The position numbers and the translations under genes are program-made. From assembly GCA_964016885.1 (NCBI GenBank), contig OZ024742.1, forward strand, positions 298,158,001 through 298,222,000: DNA of 64,000 nt, in the 5' to 3' direction. This document shows, in pieces, positions 11,283 to 23,518 of the stretch. How positions within the stretch are numbered: position 1 is the stretch's first letter; each line of letters opens with the position of its first letter. The notes under the pieces were generated by a model. The model made no database searches, was not told where the DNA came from, and worked only from the letters and a program-made list of their open reading frames with translations. The DNA is from Eledone cirrhosa. Lineage: Eukaryota.

Positions 11283-11285
<3 letters not shown>
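10942..11285 (+). mobile_element. tRNA-derived SINE with LINE-3'UTR modules and RTE tail (intact copy)
   Basis: A box TGGCTTAGTGG (10950-10960), B box GTTCAATTC (10995-11003), central CCTTGAGCAAGACACTTTA domain, tail CCCTTGCAAGCAGGG...GGACGTAAAATGA. Confidence 0.9.
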
Positions 11286-11315
<30 letters not shown>

Positions 11316-11339
11316 TTATTTATATATATACTCACACAC

Positions 11340-11864
11340 ATTTTGGCTGAAGAAGCTCATCTAGCCTGTACTTGGAACTAGTAGTAATATTACAAACAGA
11401 ACTTGAAGAGGAATAGATTTATTAAAACACAAAATGTTAGGTTCAAATAAGATAGATTCAGAATGGTTAACTGGTGGAATTGTTAGTGTCAAATGTGATG
11501 ATTTGCAGTATTTGATTTAAATCCCACTTTAGCCTTCTTGAATGTCAGATGTAATCCAGTTTTCTGCTTTAACATCAACACCAACATTCTATTTTGGGGG
11601 TAGTTTTAGCAGAGTCCACACTGTTGCAAGCATTGGGGCTAGGCCAGGTCTCCAGTTTAAAGCTACTACCCCTTTCCTTCCAGACTAAACAGTAAAAGAT
11701 ATAAAACCGTCATGCTATGAAATACCAATTGATTATAACTGAACTTCTCCATAAATATTGTGAACCAATGAAATTACATAAAGAGACAACAAAAACTAGC
11801 TCGATTAATTCAATAAATGTTCAAATAAAACTTGTCTTTATATAAAGAAACAATATGATCTCAA
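11340..11864 (-). repeat. Non-coding element abutting (TA)n; its distal 275 bp are the inverted copy of 3384-3657
   Basis: 11590-11864 matches 3384-3657. The extension to about 11340 is inferred from the microsatellite junction. Confidence 0.55.
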
Positions 11865-12100
11865 GTAGAAGTTAGTTATATGAAAACAAAATGAAGATAA
11901 CCCATTTGATACGAAACTGCCCGAAACCACACTTGGCTCTTTATATTAATCTAAAAACGATCCACCATAATTACAAATGAAAAAGCTATATTAATAAATC
12001 CCTTCAAATTCTTATTATTTTCAAATGCTAAGATAAAATAAAAACAAAATATATCATCAAAACAGAACATCAAAATAGAACATCAAATCAAACAAAAATT

Positions 12101-12292
12101 ATAATTGTTTCTACTTTTGGCACAAGGCCAGCAATTACCCAGTGCATTGCTGGTACTTTATTTTATCGACCCCGTAAGGATGAAAGGCAAAGTTAACCTC
12201 GGCGGAATTTGAACTCAGAATGACAAGGGCCATAACTCTATGCGTCAAAGCATGGCGTCCGACCCTCTACCGATACTGCCAATCCACCGCCC
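12101..12292 (-). mobile_element. SINE family B (tRNA-like head, GCCTTTCATCC...GGGGTCGATAAAATAAAGTACCAG core, (ATT)n tail)
   Basis: Near-identical inverted copy of 23324-23518. Confidence 0.88.
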
Positions 12293-12924
12293 TAAATTAT
12301 AATGGAGAGTATTTGGTGATGCAAATGGCAAGTAGGCCAATGGTTAATTAGACATGCCTTAACTGAGACAAAATTGCAGCAAATGGTCTTCATGCAGACA
12401 TTTGAAGCCATTCTTCATGTTCACATTCAATTTATGATGTCAGGAATGTCTCATAACAGGCTTATGTGGAGTAAAATGAAGAGAGAAACGCTCTCGCTGG
12501 TCAGTCTCCAACAAGACTGAATAAAAAGGAAGTGAACTGATACAAAATGCCTACTAAAGGATATACTCTTTTACTAGTTTCTCTTATTGAATTGTAGCCA
12601 TGCTTACAAATACTAAGCATAAACTATAAACTAATTCGTTTATGTAGATTTTTAAAATAATCTTATATATACACAAGCAGTAGTTCAGGGACCAGAAGTT
12701 GCAGTGTTTGGCAAAATGGAGATAATATAGGGTTTGAGAGAACACTTCAGTCTAGTCAGGAATATGGAAGCCTCTCTAGTGCTGGTGCCACCTTCATGGT
12801 CAATCATATAGACCATGATAATTAACTTTTTAATCTCTAGTGCCTATTTCATCAAATGTTATTTTGTTGGGCTACTATGTTTCAGGAAATACAGCGATAC
12901 ACATATACACATGCAAACAAATAC

Positions 12925-13082
12925 ATATGTGGTGGACTTACACACATTTTCTGTATACCAAATTTCTCTCACAAGGCACTGGTCAGCCCACAGCTATAAT
13001 AAAAGACACTTGTCTAAGGTGCCACACTTGAAAATGCCTGACTTTTGAAATAAACTTCCCAATCACAATGCCATGCCTGCAC
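12925..13082 (-). mobile_element. SINE family C, decayed (related copies near 20580-20690, 37780-37895, 41370-41460, 46900-47050, 62120-62190)
   Basis: Shared motif resembling CCTTGTGAGTGAAATTTGGTAGATAGAAACTGTGTGGA and a GGTGCAGGCATGGC head. Confidence 0.55.
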
Positions 13083-15027
13083 CAACATAAACAACACTAA
13101 ATACAAAGTTTTACTTGTTTGGCAACTGATTTGATTTGAAGCCATGTGTTGAAACTAGAGCAATTACACTGTGGAAGAGTCGTTTTAGACATTAGAAAAA
13201 ATACATACACACAAAAATGGCTACATTCATTTTTCAATTATTTTGTGGTGTCACAAAGTAAATAAAAAGTGACTATATCAGTTATTTTGTGTGTATTTTT
13301 TTCTAAATGTCTTAAATGATACTTTCATAATATTACTGAAGATGTAAACATAAAACCTAATGTTAAATGCAAAAAATCAATGCCAAGCCAAAAAAATTAC
13401 CAAGGCAAAGTAGTTAAATAAGAGGTGAATATTCTCTAAACAAATTACCAATTTCTTTTACTGTCAAGACTTGGGAAAGAATTACCAAAACAAACTAGCT
13501 GAACATGGGAAGATTATTCACAAAATGTTAAAATAATATACCACTTTGTCACTGTCAAGTCTTTGCAAAGTAACATTCTATAAAAGGCAAAACAATACAC
13601 CAATCTTTTGCTGTCATGTCTATACACAGAGGAAATAAGTGAACCAAGGAAACTGTTGGTTACAACTTATGGCAGAAGGAGGCAAGATTTGAACTCAACT
13701 CATGATTCACAAGGCTGAATAAGATACTGCAAGGCATTTCATCTGGCTCTTTAACATTTCTGCCATTACACCATCCTTGGATGAATACTTCATTTATTGG
13801 CCCTGAAATGATGAAGGGCAAAGTTGACCTTGGTGGGATTTAAATAAAGGGTGCAATGAGCTGAAGCAAATACCAAGGTATTTAATCTGACATCCTGATG
13901 ACTCTGCCGTTCAACAGCAAAAGGAATTACCAAAACAAGGTAGTATTCTCTAACAGTCAAAACAATATATCACTTTTTTTACTGTCAAGTCTTTGCAAAG
14001 ATAGAATATATATCCACAGACACATGTGTAGTTATATTCATTGGGCAATGTACCAGGATTTTCACATGACAAAAATAGATAATACATGGCATAAACAGGT
14101 GGAAAGTGATACTCTAAGGTATGTCCCTCTCTAAACTGACAAAAAGATAATAGTTTATTGACCCAGATATTCATAACATTCATAATGACATAACACGAAA
14201 TAGAAATTGTGCATTCTGATAAACATCTTCAAAAATACCTCCTGGAATGAAGTTGAGAATTAGAAAGCTCTCACAATCAAAGTAGTAAGGTACAGTGTAT
14301 GAAAGTACAAATTGTACCAATAACAATTAGTGCATGTTGTATTGTGAGAACCAACCCAATATTGTACACATTAAGTATGAAAGGTGAAATACCAATGAGT
14401 TGAGAGAAAAACAGGGTAAAATATGTAAACTCATGTAGAGAAAGTTCATTCAGGTGGTGAGAGTTGATCTCAGGATACTGATTGTTACAGAGATGGTGAT
14501 GATGGAATGCAACAAGTAGAAAGAAACTGTACTAGGAAGGACCTGACCAACCAAGTAAACATTAGAAAATGGATGTAAAACAATGAGGATGAAATTCCAA
14601 AAGTTAGCTTAATGAAGTAGAGAATGCATTATACACTATCATTTCAATAACACAATTCTCATATTGCTCATCTTAGATAGGGCAGAACAGAAGGACACAC
14701 AGATAGCTCAGTATGAAAGCCATCACTATTCCAGTAATAGTTAGAGCACTGGGTCTGATAAATTCTTCAATCATATACCAGGTAAACCTTGAATAGAAGA
14801 AATTTAGAAATTTCACCAATACTGCCCACATTTTGTGAAAAACATTGTCAATGTAATTTCAGGATAGGAAACAATTTTTTATGGAACAAGGGCTGCATTT
14901 TCTCTATTATATTTTGTATTCATTTCTTTAATAATGACAACAGCATTATTCTAGCAATCGCAGCACATACAAAAGCAAACACCCCACCCCACCACCCACC
15001 AAATTATAATGGCTACCTTACCTCATT

Positions 15028-15509
15028 CTGAGAAATGGTATGAGCATAAGCCAGAGTCAGTGATAGAAAATGATCAGATGAAGGTGCTGTGGAATTTTAG
15101 GATACAAACAGATAAATGCAATAGGCCTGACCTGGTGGTCTTTGACAAGGAAAAAGATCTCGCTTGATTATAGATGTAGCAAGCCCCTTTGTCCCAAGAG
15201 TGCAAGAAAAGGAGAAGGAAAAAAAATATCTGGTACCAGGATCTAAAGTGAGAGCTGAAAAGGATTTGGGACTGTCAGGAGATCAAGGTCATCCCCATCA
15301 TCGTAGGAGCACTAGGTACTATCTCAAAGAGTATCCAAGCCTGGTTATAAAAACATTAGCCCAGTCCCCCTTTTTTTGGAACACTTCAGCAAGGACTCCT
15401 CAATGCGTCTTGAATATCTATGGCTTCAGGCAGCAGCTTTATGTTCATTAGGGGAAATTTTCCAGTGAAATAAAATCAATGACTAAGATATCATAATAAT
15501 AATAATAAT
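15028..15509 (+). mobile_element. 3' end of an R4/Dong-clade LINE (restriction-like endonuclease) with (TAA)n tail
   Basis: Translates across frameshifts as KWYEHKPESVIEND..VLWNFRIQTD..NRPDLVVFDK..IIDVASP..EKEKEK..YQDL..VIPIIVGALG. Ends in (TAA)n at 15493-15509. Confidence 0.88.
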
Positions 15510-15665
15510 TCTACATTTGGCACAAGGCCAGCAATTACCCCAGTGCATTACTGGTGCTTTAATTTATCAATCCGGCAGGATTTGAACTCAGAACATAAAG
15601 GGCCATAACTCTATGCTGCAAAGCATGGTGTCTGACACACTACCGATACTGCCAAACCACTACCC
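15509..15665 (-). mobile_element. SINE family B, internally deleted
   Basis: Matches 12101-12292 with a central gap. Confidence 0.8.
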
Positions 15666-16324
15666 TATAGTAATAGTAATAATAATAATAATAATAGTGG
15701 TAATGTGAAGATTGAAAACCGAAATAGTAGTTGTCTTGACAATCATTAAAAAATAGCTGCAGACTAATACATAACCCAAACTCCAGGACTTATATGTGCA
15801 ATTTGGTGAAAAAACAGCACTACTAAACACTGCACACAATTTGTGTATGGTACTGCCAATACAATGCATAATCCCAAGGCACACAAAACTGTGCTTAGTT
15901 ATGCTATGAAAGCCTGCAATATAAATAAATCTACTGAAAATAATATTAATGTTGATAATGATGATGATTTTTTTTTTAGCTTTAACACAAGGCCATATAT
16001 TTTGGAGTGGGGGAATATGCTCAATAAAATAATAATAGCAACAACAACAATCACAATAACGTTTTGGATTTCCCAAAATAAAACACACCGGTATTAAATC
16101 AATTTAAACACCTCTTCCGTAAACTATTTTAAGGTATCCAGAATTAGCCAAAATTCCTTTGTTTTGTGAATTCTTCATTCAGTAACTATTTGAGGGTGTT
16201 TTAGAATTTACTCTAGACTTTATTTTTGATAGTGCTTGTGTTGTTACTAGTATTGAGAAATTATATTTAGATAAAATAGCTTAAATTTGATATAAATATA
16301 ATACAACAAAGGGACAATAAGGAG

Positions 16325-16660
16325 AACTGAGGCATTTGAAATGTGATGCTACATGCAGACAATGAAGATTAGCAACACATCACCACTGATGCAGGGTTTA
16401 AAACTGGACATAACATAAAGGCTAGTCATAAGCATGATACAAAAAAAGGGAAGATGAAATATTTTTGACATCTGATGAAGGCAGATGGAATGCTGGCACC
16501 ACTGTTGATGTGAAAGCTGTTGCAAAGGCAGTGAGGGTGAAGAGGAAAATACCAAAATTTATGGCTAGATAACATCAAAGGGTGGCTGAAAGATATCAAC
16601 CAAAATCATGAGATTGATAAGTGCAGAGACAGAATATGATGGAAACAGGAAATTTCCAGC
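16325..16660 (+). mobile_element. Decayed BovB-like RTE 3' coding fragment
   Basis: AFEM*CY...KMKYF*HLMK...WLDNIKGW resembles the AFEMWCYRR...LKYFGH...WLDNIKEW C-terminus. Confidence 0.6.
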
Positions 16661-17399
16661 AATTTCAGAAGAGAAAGAAACAATTGAATAATGCTGACAG
16701 AATTTATATTTTCCCAATGTTGAATAGATAATATGAGCTGAATTAAAATTAAATTGTAAAAGTCTAAACTATTTGGATGTAATACACATTTCAGCATGGA
16801 AGAACCATTTAAAATATTTTTCCAATATCTAAGTGGAGCTAGTAGTCTCAGTTTAGCCCTCTAATTTGTTTCTTTCACACAAGGAGGCTCATGCCAAACT
16901 GGTAACAGGCCTACGTTAGATGTGAAATGTATGTAATAAGTTTAGACCATATGTGAAATTCCACTCCCTCAAATTCGTAATGGGCCGAGCCCAGGTGTTA
17001 AATGTGGGACCATCCAAACTAGTAATAAGCCTAGGCCAGATTTAATATATAGTAACAGAGCAGAGCAAAAGGGCTAGAACCTGAGATGAGTAGGCCCCTC
17101 AAAATTGCAAGCTTAGCTGGCTCCCCATTCCATTCTGTCCTGCATATGACTCATGGTGAGGGTGGAGTGATATTGGCACTTTTACAGTAACATAAGGTAA
17201 TATTTAAGATGAGTTTGTAGAATAAAATAGGGGTGAAGAAAGATAGAATGAGAGAAAATAGAATTGAAAAGAAAAGCTGTGTGTATGAACTATTAGCATG
17301 ATCCCTATGTCTGGCTTTTTTTTGTACTAGTTAATACATGTAGATTGCAAAAGAATACTAATCTGTTATAAATTTCATCAGCATTAAATAATTTAGAAC

Positions 17400-17970
17400 A
17401 TGATTATCACCATCATAAGAGATTTACATCAGTTTTCCCATGCTTGCATGGGTTGGGCAGATCTTCTCCAGCAAAACTTATCTTCACTAGTTGAATCCCT
17501 TCATAATCTCTTCTGTGAGGTTCACAACTTCAGTTCAATCTTCCTCAGATTGTAACTTTCTTCCACTGGCATCAATTGGCACATCATTTAACAATCATCC
17601 CCAACATCTGTCAAATGTTTATACCAGTATAACCTTCTCTCCTGAAAGCAACAACTGATTTCTCTTATGTCCAGTTTTTTTTCTCTCAGCTCCTCTGTCT
17701 CTTACAGGTACACTAGCATTACACATACATCAGAGCATTTATGTCTTTCATATCCCCTACATTCACTGAAATGCAATATTGCATTTTTCATGCAGGCATC
17801 ATACACCCTACCTTCTGCTTGGAGAAAAAATCCCATTGTTGTAAAAAGTGGTAAAGCTCCCTGTTCTTTTTTCATCTTGTTCTTCTTTGAGCTACTATGC
17901 TTTCAGAGCAACTGCCTCCACTGCAAATTAGGTCCCCTCGGTAAAAAAAAGCTAATAACGTTTTCTATGG
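17400..17970 (-). mobile_element. Old RTE 3' fragment
   Basis: CCCATGCTTGCATGGGTT tail plus CAGGCATCATACA, which encodes YDAC on the minus strand. Confidence 0.7.
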
Positions 17971-18370
17971 AACCTTCTCTGGATTGGAACATATAACAAA
18001 ATTTAATATGCAATCATTTACTTCTTCAAAATACTTCTTGCTGTCTAACGTTGCAATCATAGGAAATGAAATTATTTCCATTAGTATTTTTCAAATATAT
18101 TCTAGAACTTTTTCTGTCAATGCTAGAATTATAACTTAGAGCATTAATAAGCAATTTCATTTCATTGAAACTACACATGTAATTAGATTTCTTTCCAGTG
18201 TCTCCATTTTTGAATTAGTTAAGATACATTTGTTAATATAGTTTCTGTTAAAATATAATAGTTGCTCAAGTGCTGTATAGTCCCCTCAGGGAAATAGGAT
18301 AACTGTTTAAATATTAGTTGTTCAGTGATTATGATATGAAAAAATATTTAAAGAATTTCTCTACAATAGA

Positions 18371-18371
<1 letters not shown>

Positions 18372-18401
<30 letters not shown>

Positions 18402-18548
18402 TGTATGTATGTATGTATGTATGTATGTATGTATGTATGTATGTATGTATGTATGAATGTATGTATGTATTTATGTATGTATGTATGTATGTATGTATGT
18501 ATGTATGTATGTATGTATGTATGTATGTATGTATGTATGTATGTATGT
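18372..18548. repeat. (ATGT)n microsatellite
   Basis: Seen directly. Confidence 0.97.
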
Positions 18549-19152
18549 CAGGTCACCAGTTGGTGCTACTGGTAACATGTATCCCAGTACAACCTGACCC
18601 ATGGTCGGGTCGTTGGCGACTAAACTGGCAACCCCACCAAGGTTTCTTGGTGAGGAGGGTGACTTTGGACATCCTGCAGGACTAAAAACAAAACCTGTCA
18701 AAGGGCAAAGGAGCTCTTAAGAGTCAATGGCCATCCAAAATCACCGGGAGAGATGACCCCTTAGCCTTTGTCAAGGCAGAATTCTAGGAGATGGAAAACT
18801 CTGATATAACACCTGCAACCCTGATGGTATCCAATGATGTTGACTTGTTCTTCTTTTTGGTAAATATCATCTTGGTTAAGAGAGTGGGACTGGCTTTGTG
18901 CAGTGCCTTTGCTCACTATAAAAGCTTCACGGCACAGGCATTGCTTTATATCTGGAGATCTCTCTGCACTTGTCGTCACAGGGTACCATGGGCCCAGCAC
19001 TATGTGTCAATATTTGTCACAAGTGTAGTGTTTGTACCAGAGTTTTCAAGTCGCTGGCTGGACTAAAAAGTCACTCGTTCAGCGCATCGGTAGGGGTTCT
19101 CCTATATGGATATAAAGTAGTGGCCGTACTCGAAAACGAGTTGGCAGCCACC
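18549..19152 (+). mobile_element. About 600-bp internally deleted, non-autonomous LINE derivative within (ATGT)n
   Basis: GC-richer island flanked by (ATGT)n on both sides. The 3' part encodes the zinc-finger-like CSVCTRVFKSLAGLKSH, typical of LINE ORF C-termini. No RT present. Confidence 0.6.
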
Positions 19153-20747
19153 ATGTATGTATGTATGTATGTATATACATGTATATACATGTATGTATAT
19201 ATGTTTGTGTGTGTGTGTGTATATGTATGCGTGTGTGTGTAAGACTAACCCAACATTCCACTTCATGTAAAATTGCTTTCTGGTGAAAGTAGATCTATAG
19301 GAACATATATTTCAATGTTAGGGTCAGAAAAAGGATTTTTCTAAACTGTACAAACTTTGTCCATGTTTTTTTTTCGTTTATTTTACCTTTTAGGAAATAC
19401 ATTCATATCCATTTTTCCACTTTTATAAACGACAATTAGCTGAAAATCTGTATATTTCCTACTAAGAAATCTTTGATCATATATGATCCATATATCTTCT
19501 TCCTTCCATTAATATGATGCTGTCATTTGCATTTAATATAAAAGAAAAAATATTACAATATACAGGAAATAAATCTTGCTTCTCAAATCTACAAATATAA
19601 TAACAACTTAACGATTTTATTTCTTCCTAAATTTCTCAGACAGTACTCAGTGATGGATTGCTCTAGGAATTATACACAATACCAATTAAAATCCCACTGC
19701 AACAAAGAGCATATTGACTGGAGATCTTTTCCCTTCTCTCTCTTTTTTATCAATACACTTATCAATTTCTTTTCTCAGAAAACTATTGATATATGGCTTT
19801 TTCTTTGCTTTGCTTAAATCTTTCTATAAAAAAGTATCATTGCTATTCCTACTATCAATAAAGATGCAGCTCTCATTTCGAAACTGAATATTAATATTGT
19901 CAAATAAGACCATCCTAAAATGAAGTCTTTTATTATAGACACTAATATATGAAATACCTTATCTCATAATGGCCAGTTAACAATATCCTGTTGAATTACA
20001 GTTACTAGGATATTTGATCACAGCTCTTGTGTTAAGATTAATATAAATATAAATATAAAAATTCCATATTGGCAAATCAATGCAGAGGCTCACGAACATA
20101 TAAATACACAAACACACAGATCTAAACACACAGATACTCCCAAATATACATATATAGATACACAATTGCTCATAAAGATACATATACACAGTCATACTGA
20201 TGTTGATAAGCATACACATTCACACAGGTGCACACAAGCATACACAAACATATACAAACACACAGATGAACTCCAGCATATACATATGCAGATATATATT
20301 TGTGTACATCTAATAATATATATATACCCATAGATACAGAAATATTTCTTATTCATTTATTGTATTTCTGTAGGGTTAGGATGAGTATCTCTTCTAAGTC
20401 TCTATTATGTAGTTTCTATGTAAATAATTTCTTTGTTTACTTCAATCCACTGATTACTTATTAACTAAGGTACTTATTCCACTGATTTCACATCTCAAAT
20501 CACTTAGCTGCAGTAAAGAAACATCACCAGCTCCCCAGGAGGTACCAGTGTGAATACACACATAGAAATACACACTCACAGATTTCTGCAAAGTATTTGG
20601 TCACAGAATTTTAGTCACAGGCAGAAGCGAAAGTAGAAGTCACTTCCAAAAGTTACTATGCAGTTTGATTCTTGATCATCATCATGTGATTCATTTCTGT
20701 GTTTGTATATAACAGAGGTGACTATTGGTACTAAAGCTATAGTATGC

Positions 20748-20997
20748 CCTTCCTAACACCAACCTCATTTACAGTGAGTGCTGGGTGCTTTTTTTTCCGT
20801 GGCACCTCCACGACCACTTTGCAGTGGAATGATATGGAACCCAGTCCCTATCATCTCATTTCTACAGCTGAGTAAACTGGAGCAATGTGAAAAATAAAGT
20901 GTCTTGCTCAAGGAAACAACACATCACCCGGTCTGAGAATTGAACTCACAGCCTTTCGATTGCCAGGCCAATGCTCTAACCACTAAGCCATGTGCCT
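20748..20997 (-). mobile_element. Third copy of the tRNA/RTE-tail SINE (3' tail missing)
   Basis: Matches about 10943-11190 inverted, with A and B boxes intact. Confidence 0.88.
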
Positions 20998-21609
20998 GTT
21001 ATATACAATAATTCAGTTTGCATTTTGCCAATTGTAAATAATTAGATCAAGTATCTAATTTGCTATATTATTAGTTGAAGGTCTGGGTAGGATTATGTAA
21101 ATAATCTATGGTCATCTTAGCCTTTCTCATGCAATAGAATTGCTGAAAGTAAAACTTAGAATTGGATATTCATCTGAGCTTAGGTGTTTATATTTGAAGA
21201 ATTGGTAGCAGAGAAATGACATTTCCAATTATATGGTTCAAAAATGGAGTGGCAATATACAGTATGAGAACAATGAACAAGTGTTCTTCACTTTACATAA
21301 AGGATAGACTGTGTGATTCATGTTATATAAGTCTAAGAGGCAGACATTATCAGTAAGTTAAGCATAATCTCCAAGGTAGAGTGTAGATGAACTGAAAGAA
21401 AACGTTAGATGTTAAAGACTTTATATAAACTCAAGACATTACTCTACTATTGCCTAATTATAAGTCAGCATATATATACCTCTTATAAATATGAGAAACT
21501 ATTTACAGACCGATTAAATCTCTAAATGAAATGAATGGTTGTTCATAATGTTATATGGTTTTCCAGGCTATTAACTGCATTTTTGGAAAAATCTTTTGTT
21601 CCAAATAAA

Positions 21610-21785
21610 AGGAAGCTGTGAAAAAGGAAGACCAAGGATGATGTAAGCAGAGGAGTTTATAGTAAATCTAAAGAAACCGACACTCACAAAGGAGAAGACG
21701 AAGGAGAGTGACAACTAGAGGGATACTGTACCGAAGAGAACTCATCTAATGCATTGTAAGCATAGAAAATGGATGCAGAAATGAC
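21610..21785 (+). mobile_element. Old RTE 3' end
   Basis: GSC(E)KGRPR...LTKEKTK... followed by a degenerate TAAGCATAGAAAATGGA tail. Confidence 0.6.
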
Positions 21786-23039
21786 AATACATTTTGAACA
21801 TTTTGATTTCTGCTCACTATCAAGTGTTTTTGTCAGGAGGAGAATATAACACTGACAACTCTTGCTACTTAAACCACCAGATGCAATTTTAAAAAACAAA
21901 ACAAATATTTTTGAAGTAGGATGCATAAAACTTATAACAAGTATGTCCACTCTTTCAAGCTGACTCTCATGAATATGAAATGTTTATATTCAAATTAGAT
22001 TTGTATTTTCTTTTGACATTAGAAAGGGCATCTGACTTTAAAAATAGCATAGAAAATGTGCCAAACAAAAGGACAAGAGAACTCTTCAGTAGTATCAAAG
22101 GCACAACAACCTCCCAAGTGCTGGAGCCACAATAAAATGCACTGGGTAAATTCTAAAGTGCATAAATGTTTGCAAGTAAGATGTGGGCACCCATCCCATC
22201 TGAGAGGTCAATAGCTCTATTTATGTACTGGGTTGGTCTGTAATGACATCTTCAATCAAGGCCTTGTACAAACAGACATTAAATGATAAAGATTATGATT
22301 CTTATACAAAGGAAATGCTACTGGTGTATAAAATCACTTACAACCATCAAGGTTCCCAGCAGCAGTAAACATTTTTTAACTTTTAATATTCTGTAATGAT
22401 TTAAAAGAAAACGTCTAAAAACATTTTTGAATTCAAATGTTTATAATAACTTTACTAGATGAAAGATCATTGTGAAAATTTGTAGTATTTGAATGAAGTC
22501 TTTAATATTTAATTTGATATAGCCATAGTGGTGTCTTGTATTTTTGAAAAATACCATCTTTATGTAGATTTATACTGTATAAGAATTTACAAGTAAAATA
22601 ACTGAATAAATTTTCAACCATTTCAGAATATTTTGATATATCAACCATAATATTTACCAATCCTAAAAGAAGATTCTAATTATTTCTTATCCGAGGGTGG
22701 TGCAAAAAATATTTTCTGGACGGAATAAAAATCTGGAGAAACAGTACATGCCTTTATGCTTTCATTTTAATAGCATCCTTAGAGAGAATTTAAGCATAAG
22801 TTTCATCAACATCAGGCACAGTAGAGCTAGTCTTGTGGAACCAATATTTAGTAAATATTTAACAAACTTTTACTTCCCAAGATAAAGTAAATACTCTGAA
22901 AAATTATATTAACAAATTATTCTAAAAGTATAGATTATTGGGGTCACTTTAAAATACAGATACACAATTCCCAAAAATGCAGATGATCGATCTTCCACAA
23001 TTTCAACAAGGTGCATTCAGTTGTCTGATCAACTGAACT

Positions 23040-23295
23040 TCTATCTTACAATATAAGCAGGTGTGAAAAGTCACAGCAGAGACAGTAAAATCATCTAAAG
23101 TTAAGACATAAAAGAATTTTGTGGTTAAGCTGAAATCCACCTACAGATCGGCAAATAAAGTATTCTGGCAGACCATCCACCAACCTCAAAATAAGAAATC
23201 CTCCTCCATGCCTGCTATCATGAATGCATCAGTGGTTCATCACTTTTTAGAGTGGGGGATTATCGTTAGATGAAGAGAACACTTTGCTGATAACA
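23040..23295 (+). mobile_element. Decayed RTE/Expander-type LINE linker fragment
   Basis: KT*KNFVVKLKSTYRSANKVFWQTI...IIVR*REHFAD resembles the WEEFGE...ASKRFW...RWREYF linker. Confidence 0.5.
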
Positions 23296-23323
23296 TGGTT
23301 AAAAGAGCATTATTATGATTATA

Positions 23324-23518
23324 GGGCGGTGGATTGGCAGTATCGGTAGAGGGTTGGACGCCATGCTTTGACGTATAGAGTTATGGCCCTTGCCATTCTG
23401 AGTTCAAATCCCGTCGAGGTTAGCTTTGCCTTTCATCCTTACGGGGTCGATAAAATAAAGTACCAGTAATGCACTGGATAATTGCTGGCCTTGTGCCAAA
23501 AGTAGAAACAATTATTAT
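23324..23518 (+). mobile_element. SINE family B, intact copy (others at 32107-32310, 48628-48840, 49595-49750, 58449-58540, 60676-60855)
   Basis: TGGCAGTATCGG A-box-like motif, GTTCAAATCC B box, conserved central domain and GTAGAAACAATTATT tail. Confidence 0.9.

Noticed and set aside
11344-11385. CTGAAGA hammerhead-like start
   Set aside because: No properly placed GAAA, stem III or stem I on either strand.
13390-14005. Spaced ACTGTCAAGTCTTTGCAAAG repeats (similar cases at 23780-24200 and 53028/53233) as a CRISPR-like array
   Set aside because: Degenerate, irregularly spaced eukaryotic minisatellites with related spacers and no cas genes.
21568-21950. Possible host exon (TTTTCCAG...GTAAGC) and the 88-aa minus ORF
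   Set aside because: All three plus frames of the putative exon contain stops, and the sequence overlaps a decayed RTE 3' end.
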